A DNA stretch of 64,000 nucleotides from NCBI GenBank assembly GCA_944320945.1, contig CALUJK010000072.1, positions 2,477-66,476 on the forward strand. The letters run 5' to 3'. The position numbers were made by a program, and so were the translations under genes. The notes under the pieces were generated by a model that saw nothing but the letters and a program-made list of their open reading frames with translations, ran no database searches and was not told where the DNA came from. This document shows positions 1 through 9,927 of this stretch, piece by piece (positions within the stretch are counted from its first letter, which is position 1; each line of letters starts with the position of its first letter). The DNA is from an uncultured Bacteroides sp. (GTDB lineage Bacteria > Bacteroidota > Bacteroidia > Bacteroidales > Bacteroidaceae).

Positions 1-422
1 CAGTAGAAAATCCGCCATTAGTACTGAGCAAATGGCAAGTTTCTTCTCCATTCATTAACAAACCCGACATCAACATCGTCATCGACGATAATGACATGAA
101 TTCTTGGCAACCGGCCACAACCGGCAATGTCACGACTTTAGAGAGTGTCCACTACGTAATATGGCGTACCACATTCACACCTCGCAAGAAACACCAGACG
201 AACGGGGGAAGCATTCTTCTAAAAAAAGTAATGGGTAAAGCTGAAATCTGGTTGAACGGACATCTGCTGGGAGTAAAAGAAAAAGCAAAAACGGAAGATA
301 TCCAGGTACAGTTTCCACCAATTACCGGCAATAAATGCGAACTGAAAATCCTATTTACTGGACAACCTCAAAGTAGCGTCGGATTAAAAGGCAACGTTAC
401 TATCCATTTGCCGGAATTATGA
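1..422 (+). CDS. C-terminal end of a glycoside hydrolase (probably GH2 beta-galactosidase-like), truncated by window start
   Basis: Frame is open from position 3 (VENPPLVLSKWQVSSPFINKPDINIVIDDNDMNSWQP...). Beta-sandwich-like tail GKAEIWLNGHLLG resembles GH2 accessory domains. Confidence 0.55.
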   Translation, partial: VENPPLVLSKWQVSSPFINKPDINIVIDDNDMNSWQPATTGNVTTLESVHYVIWRTTFTPRKKHQTNGGSILLKKVMGKAEIWLNGHLLGVKEKAKTEDIQVQFPPITGNKCELKILFTGQPQSSVGLKGNVTIHLPEL

Positions 423-429
423 TAATTGA

Positions 430-611
430 AAAGAGGCTGTCTCAAAATAAAAATTGCTAAAGTAAAAATCTTATAGATTGAAACTTGGAAATAAAAAATC
501 TCCTGTTTTTAGCTCTATAATAAACAAAGGCTAAAGCAGGAGATTTTTATGTCATAACTTATAGATTATAAGTAAGCCTATCTCATTTTTTCATTTTGAG
601 ACAGTCTCTTT
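430..611. mobile_element. MITE-like / non-autonomous IS remnant (~180 bp)
   Basis: Terminal inverted repeats AAAGAGGCTGTCTCAAAAT (430-448) and ATTTTGAGACAGTCTCTTT (593-611) with 1 mismatch; internal imperfect inverted repeat 491-513/530-550; no ORF. Confidence 0.6.
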
Positions 612-653
612 GTTTTATGCGTGCCGGCAAAATACGGCAACATACGAAGTGAC

Positions 654-2045
654 TTATTCAATCGGTATTCCTTTATAAAAGTCCAAAATCTTCGTGCGGA
701 ACAAGTATTCATACTTGGCTTGCAGTTCATCGCTTTGAGCTTTCATAAGGTTCTGCTTGGACTCGTTAAACTCTACGGCATTGGCCTGGCCGTTCTCATA
801 CTTCTTACTCATCAAGGTGAAAGCCTCCTGACTGGCAAGGGTAGCCGAATGACTGCTGGTATATTTACTTTCGGCTGCTACAGCGTTGTACCACGCTTGC
901 TGAATTTCCTTGTAAAGAGCTTTCTTGGCATTATCCAGCTGGAGGGCATAATTGTCACGTTGCAGACGGGCGGCACGTACACGGTTGCGGGTAGACAAAC
1001 GATTGAACAAGGGAACGCTGAGACTGAAGCCCAGATACTTGTTGAAGTTGTCCCCCATCTGCTGGCGGAAACTGCGATTGATGGTGGAATAGTAGCTGGT
1101 TCCCAGTCCGGCACTCAGGTCAAGCTGCGGGTAGTAAGCGCTCTGTGCAATGCGGATGCTGTGCTTACTGCCTTCCAGACGATACTGGGCGGCACGAATG
1201 ACGGCTTTACTGCCAATAGCCATCTGATAGATTTCGTCTGGCGGAGTGAGTGCTATGGGATTGAACACGGCTGCCGGCGTTTCCAGCGTAAAGCCTTCGG
1301 GCGTATCAAGCTCAATCAGCTGAGAGAGGTCGAGTAGGGAAAGACGGTAGTCGTTCTCTGTCTGCACAGCCGTCATCTCATCCTGAGCGAGGGTAGACTT
1401 GGCATCGGCTACCTCGGAAGGAGAAGCCTTACCTACGCCTGCCAGTGCCGTAATGCGTTGCAACTGCACACGGCTCAGATTCACCTGCCCTAAAGCTACC
1501 TGATGTAGTTCCTGATTGAAAAGCACTTGCAAATAAGCAGAGGCGATGTTGATACTGATATCTTCCTTAGCCTTATCAAGGTCGGCAATCGCTGCTTTCA
1601 GATTGAGTTTCGCCAAAGAATACTGATGAGGCAGTTCCAATCCGGTAAAGATGGGAATGCTGGCACCGAGCGAAAAGCTGGTATTGTTACTGGAGGTATT
1701 CACGTAAACCGTGCTATAATCACCTGTAGCCTCATCAGGCACAGCGGTCTGTGTACGCCCCCAGTTCCAACTCTGATTGGCAGAACCACTCAGATTAGGC
1801 AGACGCGCCCATTTAGCGGTGTTAACCTCAATGGCACTCTGCTCTGCCTGGTTGGCTGCCTGACGGATGTCGATGTTATGCTCGATGGCATAGTCTATGC
1901 ACCGTCGCAAGGACCAGACACCGGAAGGAGACCGGGAAGCCTCAACCGACCGGCCTGCCAATGTATCTGCCGTTTGTTCCTGCGCACCGGCAGGCAGATA
2001 CGGAGCACAGCATATAATCATAAGTATCGTAAGTTGTTTTTTCAT
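654..2045 (-). CDS. TolC-family outer-membrane efflux protein
   Basis: Signal peptide, WSLRRCIDYAIEHNIDI start, two OEP-like repeats; last gene of the ABC exporter operon. Confidence 0.92.
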   Translation of the reverse strand: MKKQLTILMIICCAPYLPAGAQEQTADTLAGRSVEASRSPSGVWSLRRCIDYAIEHNIDIRQAANQAEQSAIEVNTAKWARLPNLSGSANQSWNWGRTQTAVPDEATGDYSTVYVNTSSNNTSFSLGASIPIFTGLELPHQYSLAKLNLKAAIADLDKAKEDISINIASAYLQVLFNQELHQVALGQVNLSRVQLQRITALAGVGKASPSEVADAKSTLAQDEMTAVQTENDYRLSLLDLSQLIELDTPEGFTLETPAAVFNPIALTPPDEIYQMAIGSKAVIRAAQYRLEGSKHSIRIAQSAYYPQLDLSAGLGTSYYSTINRSFRQQMGDNFNKYLGFSLSVPLFNRLSTRNRVRAARLQRDNYALQLDNAKKALYKEIQQAWYNAVAAESKYTSSHSATLASQEAFTLMSKKYENGQANAVEFNESKQNLMKAQSDELQAKYEYLFRTKILDFYKGIPIE

Positions 2046-2085
2046 AATTGCAAAGGGGTTATTAACCTGTATAGCGGTTTCCTTG

Positions 2086-3192
2086 TTACTGTTCTACTTT
2101 CTCTGCTCCGCGCACTTTGTCTTGCGACGTAAGCCCACTCTTAACGGCTATCTGTATGCCATCGCTCAGCCCGACAGTGATAGGTTGTCGGCGGAACTGC
2201 TGATGGGGTACACTGTCAGTCAAGACATAGACAAACGTACTGTCACCGCTAAATTCTACACATCCTTCAGGGATGGCGAGGGTCTGCAACACACGGTCGA
2301 GCACTATCTCTGCATTGGCAGAATAACCGCTACGAATGACAACCGTATCTGGTGCCTGGACGGCCGCCTTTATCTCAAACTGATTGGCACCATTGTCTTC
2401 AGTAGCCTTCGGAGAGATGTACTCCAGCGTAGCGTCGAAAGTAAGGTTCTGCAACGCACCGATGGTGAGCTTGACGGGCATACCTTCGTGTACACGCCCC
2501 ACCTCTGTTTCGTCAATGTTACCGCGGAAGATAAGGTCATTCATATCGGCAACAGTGGCGATGGTAGTACCGTCATTCATGGTATTGGCCATGATGACCG
2601 AGTTACCCACCTTGATAGGTACATCAAGTATCAGACCGTCAATGGTACTGCGGATAAGGGTACTACTGATGTCGGCACTACTTTTGGTAATACCGTCGCG
2701 CACAATCTCCAGATTGTCACGGGCAGCCTGCAGCTCCTCACGCTGCTGCTTAAGAGTGACTTCCTGCTTCTCATACTCTTCAGCACTCACCAATTTATCA
2801 CGATAGAGTTGCGCTATGCGGTCAAAGTCAGTCTCTGCCTGACGGGCATTGATTTCTGCCAACCGCACACGGCTTTCGGCAGCATTCAGCGTACCCAGTT
2901 CGGGAATAACCTTAACGCGGGCAATCACTTCTCCCTTGCGCACCGTCTGTCCGGCTTCTTTAAAGAGGGCGTCGATGATACCCGATATCTGCGGCTTTAT
3001 CTCTACCTCATCCCGAGGTTCCACCTTACCGGTAGCCACTGTCGTCTTTTCCAAATCGGCGGTAACAGGACTGACCACCTCATACACGGTGACGGTGGGA
3101 CGAGACTTCTGCCAAAGGAATACAAACGTCCAAATGAATAGACCTGCCACGATAACGAGCAGGGAGACTTTCACAATTTTCCTTGTTTTCAT
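2086..3192 (-). CDS. Periplasmic adaptor (MacA/HlyD-like) subunit
   Basis: N-terminal TM anchor, lipoyl-like VEIKPQISGII...GQTVRKGEVIA, coiled-coil hairpin; likely start MKTRKIVK at 3192. Confidence 0.9.
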   Translation of the reverse strand: MKTRKIVKVSLLVIVAGLFIWTFVFLWQKSRPTVTVYEVVSPVTADLEKTTVATGKVEPRDEVEIKPQISGIIDALFKEAGQTVRKGEVIARVKVIPELGTLNAAESRVRLAEINARQAETDFDRIAQLYRDKLVSAEEYEKQEVTLKQQREELQAARDNLEIVRDGITKSSADISSTLIRSTIDGLILDVPIKVGNSVIMANTMNDGTTIATVADMNDLIFRGNIDETEVGRVHEGMPVKLTIGALQNLTFDATLEYISPKATEDNGANQFEIKAAVQAPDTVVIRSGYSANAEIVLDRVLQTLAIPEGCVEFSGDSTFVYVLTDSVPHQQFRRQPITVGLSDGIQIAVKSGLTSQDKVRGAEKVEQ

Positions 3193-3264
3193 TTCTCTTC
3201 TTATTATGTTAATTATTAATTTCGATGTATGGATATTATTCGATGCATTCGCTGATCCCAATCA

Positions 3265-4509
3265 CTATTCGTCACGGATGGCCTCTATCGGCTTGATGGC
3301 CATAGCACGATATGCCGGTGCCAGCCCTGCCAACAGTCCGAGTGCTATCAGCAACAGACACGTGCCTACTGCCAAGCCGAAACTGACCTGATAATGTTCC
3401 TCAATGACGCCCGTCGGATTGGCTGCCGACTCCAGCAACTGGAGTACCCCCACGGCCAGCGTGATGCCTCCCATACCGGCTACAGTCGTCAGCACCATGC
3501 TCTCACTAAGTATCTGCTGAAGGATGTCGCGGGGACGGGCACCAATGGCACGACGGATACCTATCTCTGTAGTGCGCTCGCGCACAGTCACCATCATGAT
3601 GTTAGACACCCCGATGGCACCTGCCAGAAGCGTACCGATACCCACCATCCAAATAAGTATCGTAGTGCCCATCATCAGATTGTCCATCATACTGAACATG
3701 GCTTCCAGATTCAGGAACATGACCGCTTGCTTGTCATCGGCACTGATATAGTGTGCCTCCTTCAAGACTGCCTCCACCCGCGGCTGCACATCTTTCACCT
3801 TGACGCCGGGTTTCATGGTGAAGCATGCCACCTCTATCTTATTGCCCAGATTATACATCTTCTGCATGGTGGTATAAGGTAACACGACACTCTCCGATGC
3901 CTGTCCCTGTATATTGACATTTCCCTCGGACGAACACATGCCGATGACCCGATAGTAAACACTGTCCACCTGCACGTACTTGCCACACGGATCTTCGCCC
4001 GCCTTGAAGAGGCTTTCGTACACTCGTTTGCCGATGACACACACTTTACGTGCCTCGCGGATATCCACATCGTTAATGAAGCGCCCGTACGCCATTTCCT
4101 GATGTTCCAGCTGCTCGTAGTCAGGGAAAAGACCTTTCACAATGGTGTTATCATACTTATTTCCTTCATATACGGCCAGTTTACCCCACTCCGTCACACT
4201 GGGGGTCACAATGTCTACTCCCTCTATGGCACGGATGCGTTCAATGTCCGCCAGTTCCAAGTCCCAACGGCGTCCCTTGCGGAAACCTTTATAGGGTTGG
4301 CTCGTCTTATCGGCCACCACGAATCCGGAATTGGTTGCAAAGCCTTCGAACTCATTGCGCAAAGCCTCCTGCCACCCATTGCCGGCACCAATCAGTGCTA
4401 CCAGCATGAATATCCCCCAAAATACGCCAAAGGCTGTCAACAGACTACGCGTTTTGTTGCGGGTGATAGTCACCAGAATTTCTTCGCAAGTATCTCTATC
4501 TATTCTCAT
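3265..4509 (-). CDS. MacB/FtsX-like ABC transporter permease
   Basis: RSLLTAFGVFWGI N-terminal TM and GVSNIMMVTVRERTTEIGIRRAIGA motif. Confidence 0.93.
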   Translation of the reverse strand: MRIDRDTCEEILVTITRNKTRSLLTAFGVFWGIFMLVALIGAGNGWQEALRNEFEGFATNSGFVVADKTSQPYKGFRKGRRWDLELADIERIRAIEGVDIVTPSVTEWGKLAVYEGNKYDNTIVKGLFPDYEQLEHQEMAYGRFINDVDIREARKVCVIGKRVYESLFKAGEDPCGKYVQVDSVYYRVIGMCSSEGNVNIQGQASESVVLPYTTMQKMYNLGNKIEVACFTMKPGVKVKDVQPRVEAVLKEAHYISADDKQAVMFLNLEAMFSMMDNLMMGTTILIWMVGIGTLLAGAIGVSNIMMVTVRERTTEIGIRRAIGARPRDILQQILSESMVLTTVAGMGGITLAVGVLQLLESAANPTGVIEEHYQVSFGLAVGTCLLLIALGLLAGLAPAYRAMAIKPIEAIRDE

Positions 4510-4560
4510 AAGCCGGAAAATCCTTCATTAATCATTCGTCATTCTCAATTCTTCATTTCA

Positions 4561-5820
4561 TCAGTCTGCCCTCAGCGCCTCGATGGGACGTATCTTCGTA
4601 GCCTTTCTTGCCGGGAAGAAGCCCGCCAACGTGCCGGCAATGATAAGCGTCACCGTCGCCTGTATGGCTATATGCAGATCCACCGTCGGGTCGCTGAACA
4701 TTTTTGCCTGGAACATGCCGGCATCTGCCACCTGACTGCCAAACTCCACATTCATCCATTCCGTCACCCCGATGCCTGCCACCATACCGATATAGCCGAA
4801 CAGCGTGGTAATCGTCACACTCTCTACAATAATCAGCCACAAGATGCTGCGGGGCTTTGCTCCTAATGCCTTACGGATACCAAATTCATGCGTCCGTTCT
4901 CTGACGGTTATCAACATAATGTTACTTACCCCGACGATACCGCTCAGCAGCGTAAAGATGCCTATCACCCAAATGGCGGTACGTAGCATACCCATCGCAT
5001 TCATGGTACGCATATAGTCGGTAAAACGGTTCCAAATCCAAATGGCACTGTCATCCGTCGGGTCAAAACGGTGATTTTGCCCGATGACCTTTCGATAATC
5101 GGCTTCAAACTCCTCATTGCTTTCAATGCTGTTCAGGTTCTTGGTTGTAAAGATAATACTGTTCAGCTTGTCACCTTTATTATAGATAGTCTGCAAGGTA
5201 GAAAACGGGATATAAGCCTCACTGGGTTCGCGGTCGCCTTGGTCGTTGTACAATCCTACCACCTGGTAGGTCACCCCTCCGGCATTGACAAACTTCCCTA
5301 ACGGTTCGGTGTGTGTCTTTCCGAAAAGCACTTCGGCCGACTTCTTGTGCAGCACAATCACCTTACGGCGTTCTTTTTGGTCCGTCTGATTGATGAAACG
5401 TCCACTGGCTGTCTTTACCGGCTCCACTTCCGTATAGTTGGGATAGACGCCCATCAGCGAAAGGTTGACATACTCCTGTCCGTAGCTCACGTTGACACTG
5501 CTCTGTCTGACGGTAGCTCCGGCACTGATGACATGATCCGTGAAGCGCTGTTCCGTGTCACTGATGTCACGGTTATCCAATTGGATGCGACGTCCCTCTT
5601 TCAGTCCGTCATACGACTTGGTAGTCCATCCCGGAAAGATGCGGATAGAGTTCAGCGCCCGTTCCGACGTGTTCTGCTCAAAGGCATGGATAATGCCGTT
5701 ACCCGCTCCCAGCAACACGATGAGCATAAAGATGCCCCATGCCACGGCAAAGCCCGTGAGGAACGTGCGCAGCTTATTACGGCGGATGGTGCCGTATATT
5801 TCTTGCCAAAGGTCAATCAT
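4561..5820 (-). CDS. MacB/FtsX-like ABC transporter permease
   Basis: RTFLTGFAVAWGI and GVSNIMLITVRERTHEFGIRKALGA motifs. Confidence 0.93.
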   Translation of the reverse strand: MIDLWQEIYGTIRRNKLRTFLTGFAVAWGIFMLIVLLGAGNGIIHAFEQNTSERALNSIRIFPGWTTKSYDGLKEGRRIQLDNRDISDTEQRFTDHVISAGATVRQSSVNVSYGQEYVNLSLMGVYPNYTEVEPVKTASGRFINQTDQKERRKVIVLHKKSAEVLFGKTHTEPLGKFVNAGGVTYQVVGLYNDQGDREPSEAYIPFSTLQTIYNKGDKLNSIIFTTKNLNSIESNEEFEADYRKVIGQNHRFDPTDDSAIWIWNRFTDYMRTMNAMGMLRTAIWVIGIFTLLSGIVGVSNIMLITVRERTHEFGIRKALGAKPRSILWLIIVESVTITTLFGYIGMVAGIGVTEWMNVEFGSQVADAGMFQAKMFSDPTVDLHIAIQATVTLIIAGTLAGFFPARKATKIRPIEALRAD

Positions 5821-5856
5821 TGTGCAATGAAGAATTAAGAATAAAAAACGCAGAAA

Positions 5857-6573
5857 TTATTTCATGAAACCGTCCCGGCCGAAAGGCGATGCGTCGTGAT
5901 TCAGGTTCTCCTCAATGCTGCCAATCACACCATCCTTAATGTGGATAATTTTATCCGTCCGATTGGCCACACCGCTTTCGTGAGTCACCACCACGATAGT
6001 CATGCCCGTGGCGTGCAGGTCTTTCAGAATCTGCATCACTTCCACGGAAGTCTTGCTATCCAAGGCTCCTGTCGGCTCGTCGGCCAGGATGATTTGCGGC
6101 TGCGTAATCAGGGCACGGGCTATGGCCACACGCTGTTTCTGTCCGCCACTCATTTCGTTGGGCATGTGGTGCGCCCACTCTTTCAGCCCCAGCCGGTCGA
6201 GGTATTCCAACGCCAAGGCATTGCGTTTCTTACGGCTCACCCCCTGATAGAAGAGAGGCAACGCCACATTTTCCACCGCATTCTTGAAAGAGATAAGATT
6301 GAACGACTGGAAGATAAACCCTATCATGCGGTTGCGATACTCCGCCGCCCGGTTCTCACTGAGATTCTTGATTAACGTCCCGTTCAGATAATAATCTCCT
6401 GTGTCGTAGTTATCCAATATACCTAATATATTAAGCAACGTCGATTTCCCGGAACCCGATGCACCCATGATGGAAACGAACTCTCCCTTTTCTATATCGA
6501 GGTTAATACCTTTCAATACATGCAGCGGTGCACCGTTATTGTAGGTTTTATTGATGTCTCGAAGTTTTATCAC
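5857..6573 (-). CDS. ABC transporter ATP-binding protein (LolD/MacB-type)
   Basis: Walker A GASGSGKS, signature MSGGQKQR, Walker B ILADEPT; GTG start. Confidence 0.95.
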   Translation of the reverse strand: MIKLRDINKTYNNGAPLHVLKGINLDIEKGEFVSIMGASGSGKSTLLNILGILDNYDTGDYYLNGTLIKNLSENRAAEYRNRMIGFIFQSFNLISFKNAVENVALPLFYQGVSRKKRNALALEYLDRLGLKEWAHHMPNEMSGGQKQRVAIARALITQPQIILADEPTGALDSKTSVEVMQILKDLHATGMTIVVVTHESGVANRTDKIIHIKDGVIGSIEENLNHDASPFGRDGFMK

Positions 6574-6618
6574 GTTTTTCTTGTTTATGATAAGTTATTG
6601 TTAGCAATTTCACATATT

Positions 6619-6646
6619 AGACGTACGAATGTAGTAAAAAGTTGCA
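6619..6646 (-). promoter_or_regulatory. Putative ECF-sigma promoter TGCAAC-N17-CGTCT of the ABC exporter operon
   Basis: Same boxes and 17-nt spacing recur at 41756-41783 upstream of the ECF sigma operon. Confidence 0.6.
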
Positions 6647-6770
6647 AGCCTGATACACTTTTTTTATAGAAAATTTTTCGTAAACCTCGCTGCAAAACAT
6701 ATTTCATCCATTTGTCAACTTGTATTCTTTCCTTACCTTTGTTCTTCGAAAGTTCATCTTTAAACACGCT

Positions 6771-8198
6771 ATGAAAATATCTGTTTTTACGCTGTCCGGC
6801 CTCTCGTTACTTCCGTTTTCTCTGTCTGCACAAGATGAAGCGAAACCGATGAATGTACTCTTCCTGATGGCTGACGATATGCGTCCCGAATTGGGTTGCT
6901 ATGGCATAGATGTCGTAAAGACGCCCCACATCGACCGCTTGGCCGATACGGGTATGCTGTTTCAGAATGCCTATTGCAATATTCCGGTCAGCGGTGCCTC
7001 GCGAGCCAGTCTGTTGACAGGTATCTATCCGCATTATCCGGACCGGTTTATCAACTTTTCAGCCTACGCCAGCAAAGATTGTCCGGAAGCGATTCCGCTG
7101 TCCGGCTGGTTTACGGCACACGGCTATCACACGGTGTCCAACGGAAAAATCTTCCACCACATAAAAGATCATGCCGATTCGTGGAGCGAGCCCCCTTACC
7201 GTCTGCATCCCGAAGGTTATGATGTCTACTGGGCCGAATACAACCGGTGGGAGCTTTGGATGAACAAGACTTCTGCCCGCAGCATCAATCCCAAGACGCT
7301 GCGCGGCCCTTTCTGTGAATGGGCAGAGGTGCCGGACACGGCATACGAAGACGGAAAACTGGCAGCAAAGACCATTGCAGATTTACGACGGTTGAAGGAA
7401 CAAGGTAAGCCGTTCTTTTTGGCATGCGGTTTTTGGAAGCCTCATCTGCCATTCAATGCACCGAAGAAATACTGGGACTTATATGACCGCGAAAAGATTC
7501 CGGTTGCGCCCAACCGCTTCCGTCCCAAAGGATTACCCAAACAGGTTAAGAACTCAAACGAAATCTATGCGTATGCCCGCACGACCGAACCCGATGACAT
7601 CTATTTTCAAAAAGAAGTCAAGCATGGATATTATGCCTGTCTGAGTTACATCGACGCCCAGATAGGCAAGATACTCGATGCTCTCGACACGCTGGGACTG
7701 TCACAGAACACCATTGTCGTACTGCTGGGCGACCACGGCTGGCACTTAGGGGAGCATAACTTCCTCGGCAAACATAATCTGATGGAGCATTCCACACATG
7801 CGCCGCTCATTATCCGTGTGCCGGGCATGACGGAAGGAAAAACGCAATCCATGGCAGAATTTGTAGACCTCTATCCCACCCTGTGTGAGCTTTGCAATTT
7901 ACCAGTACCCCAAGGACAATTGGATGGAACCAGCTTGGTTCCTATTCTAAAGGATCCGAAAGAGGAGGTGAAAGATTGTGTCTATATTCAGTGGGAAGGC
8001 GGTGATAATGCCGTAGACAGCCGCTACAACTATGCCGAATGGCCACAATCGAAAAACCATGCACGCATGTTGTTCGACCATGATACAGACCCGCAGGAAA
8101 ACGAGAATCAAGCAGACGAAAGCCGGTACCAGGAAGTTATCCGCCAGATGTCTGCTTTCATAAAAGACAAGAAAAGCATCACAAAGACACCAAAATAG
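6771..8198 (+). CDS. Ser-type S1 sulfatase (iduronate-2-sulfatase-like)
   Basis: NVLFLMADDMR, SGASRASLLTG active-site motif, GKIFH, KPHLPF, GDHGWHLGEH; signal peptide from ATG 6771; -7 box TACCTTTG at 6734-6741. Confidence 0.92.
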   Translation: MKISVFTLSGLSLLPFSLSAQDEAKPMNVLFLMADDMRPELGCYGIDVVKTPHIDRLADTGMLFQNAYCNIPVSGASRASLLTGIYPHYPDRFINFSAYASKDCPEAIPLSGWFTAHGYHTVSNGKIFHHIKDHADSWSEPPYRLHPEGYDVYWAEYNRWELWMNKTSARSINPKTLRGPFCEWAEVPDTAYEDGKLAAKTIADLRRLKEQGKPFFLACGFWKPHLPFNAPKKYWDLYDREKIPVAPNRFRPKGLPKQVKNSNEIYAYARTTEPDDIYFQKEVKHGYYACLSYIDAQIGKILDALDTLGLSQNTIVVLLGDHGWHLGEHNFLGKHNLMEHSTHAPLIIRVPGMTEGKTQSMAEFVDLYPTLCELCNLPVPQGQLDGTSLVPILKDPKEEVKDCVYIQWEGGDNAVDSRYNYAEWPQSKNHARMLFDHDTDPQENENQADESRYQEVIRQMSAFIKDKKSITKTPK

Positions 8199-8304
8199 AT
8201 AGAAATTTTGAACAAAAACAAGAAATGATTCACTTCTCATTTTTTTATATTATCTTTGAGGCCAACGAAATACATAACTAACCTTTTAAACAACTATTTA
8301 TATC

Positions 8305-9285
8305 ATGAACTCAAACATGGAAAAGCCTTACGTAGTAGGCATAGACATAGGCGGAACGAACACCGTCTTCGGCATTGTAGATGCACGTGGCACCATCATT
8401 GCAAGTGACTCCATCAAAACGGCTGCTTACGAAAAGGCCGATGAATATGTAGACGAAGTATGCAAGCACCTGCTCCCTCTCATCAACACATACGGAGGAG
8501 CGGACAAGATAAAGGGCATCGGTATCGGTGCGCCTAACGGTAATTACTATAACGGTACGATCGAGTTTGCCCCCAATCTGCCGTGGAAGGGACTTATTCC
8601 TCTGGCTGCCATGTTCGAAGAACGACTGGGCATCCCAACCACTCTGACTAACGACGCCAATGCGGCTGCCATCGGCGAAATGACTTATGGTGCGGCACGC
8701 GGCATGAAAGATTTCATCATGATTACGCTCGGCACGGGAGTAGGTAGCGGCATCGTTGTCAACGGACAAATGGTATATGGCCACGATGGCTTTGCCGGTG
8801 AATTGGGGCATGTCATTGTCCGCCGTGAAAACGGTCGTCTTTGCGGATGCGGTCGCCACGGATGTTTGGAAACTTACTGTTCGGCCACGGGCGTAGCACG
8901 CACAGCACGCGAGGTCCTGACAGCCCGCACAGACGAGAGTCTGCTTCGCGCCATTCCGGCAGAACAAATCACATCTAAAGATGTATATGACGCAGCCGTT
9001 AAGGGAGATAAATTGGCTCAAGAGATTTTCGACTTTACAGGAAAAATTTTGGGTGAAGCATTGGCAGACTTCATCGCATTCTCCAGCCCTGAGGCTATCA
9101 TTCTGTTCGGCGGTCTTGCCAAGTCGGGCGAATACATTTTCAAGCCCATCCAGAAAGCCATTGACGAGAATGTATTGGCTATCTACAAAGGAAAGACCAA
9201 ATTGCTAATGTCTGAATTAAAAGACTCTGACGCAGCCGTATTAGGTGCCAGTGCATTGGGCTGGGAAACCAAAGAATTGAGCTAA
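8305..9285 (+). CDS. ROK-family glucokinase
   Basis: GIDIGGT, NDANAAAIGE, LGTGVGSG, GELGH and CGCGRHGCLE motifs. Confidence 0.92.
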   Translation: MNSNMEKPYVVGIDIGGTNTVFGIVDARGTIIASDSIKTAAYEKADEYVDEVCKHLLPLINTYGGADKIKGIGIGAPNGNYYNGTIEFAPNLPWKGLIPLAAMFEERLGIPTTLTNDANAAAIGEMTYGAARGMKDFIMITLGTGVGSGIVVNGQMVYGHDGFAGELGHVIVRRENGRLCGCGRHGCLETYCSATGVARTAREVLTARTDESLLRAIPAEQITSKDVYDAAVKGDKLAQEIFDFTGKILGEALADFIAFSSPEAIILFGGLAKSGEYIFKPIQKAIDENVLAIYKGKTKLLMSELKDSDAAVLGASALGWETKELS

Positions 9286-9304
9286 ACGCCCGCACACAAT
9301 ACCA

Positions 9305-9343
9305 TAAAAAATGGGAACCGAACAATTCGATTCCCATTTTTTA
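9305..9343. terminator. Bidirectional intrinsic terminator
   Basis: TAAAAAATGGGAA...TTCCCATTTTTTA hairpin between convergent ROK and rplS genes. Confidence 0.85.
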
Positions 9344-9364
9344 TTGCGAAACAAGAGGCGAAAC

Positions 9365-9718
9365 TTATCCGTTCGCTCTTTTTTCTTTAATTCTTGCCTT
9401 CTTACCGGTCAGTGCACGCAAGTAGTACAATTTAGCGCGACGTACCTTACCAATCTTGTTCACCTCGATGCTGTCGATAGCCGGAGATTCAATCGGGAAA
9501 ATACGTTCTACACCTACTGTACCGGACATTTTACGAACGGTGAAACGCTTCTTTTCACCATGACCGGAAATCTTGATAACAACGCCACGATACAACTGTA
9601 CGCGCTCTTTGCTACCTTCCACGATACGATATGCCACTGTCACGGTATCACCAGCCTTGAATTTCGGATGTTGCTTGCCGGTGGCAAATGCTTCTTCTGC
9701 AATTTTAATTAAATCCAT
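9365..9718 (-). CDS. rplS: 50S ribosomal protein L19
   Basis: [48 protein letters not shown]. Confidence 0.99.
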   Translation of the reverse strand: MDLIKIAEEAFATGKQHPKFKAGDTVTVAYRIVEGSKERVQLYRGVVIKISGHGEKKRFTVRKMSGTVGVERIFPIESPAIDSIEVNKIGKVRRAKLYYLRALTGKKARIKEKRANG

Positions 9719-9927
9719 TGTGTTTATTTATTAAATTGTTATCGTTACAACGCAACATACCAGGCTTCTCTCTGTTTTTCCTGACAGCGATTGCGCGAAA
9801 GCGGATGCAAAGGAACGAATTATTTGTCAGATACACAAATGTTTTTCAGTTTTTTACCGGGAAGGCAACGATTCTTTCCCAAAAATCGGAAACATCCGTT
9901 TCCGGTTTGCAGACTTATTCCTAAAAT

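Noticed and set aside
621-3141. Long antisense ORFs (e.g. 621-1337, 1897-3141; likewise 12446-13468, 44683-45660, 50525-51403, 60650-61522)
   Set aside because: Shadow frames opposite well-supported genes, with no recognisable motifs.
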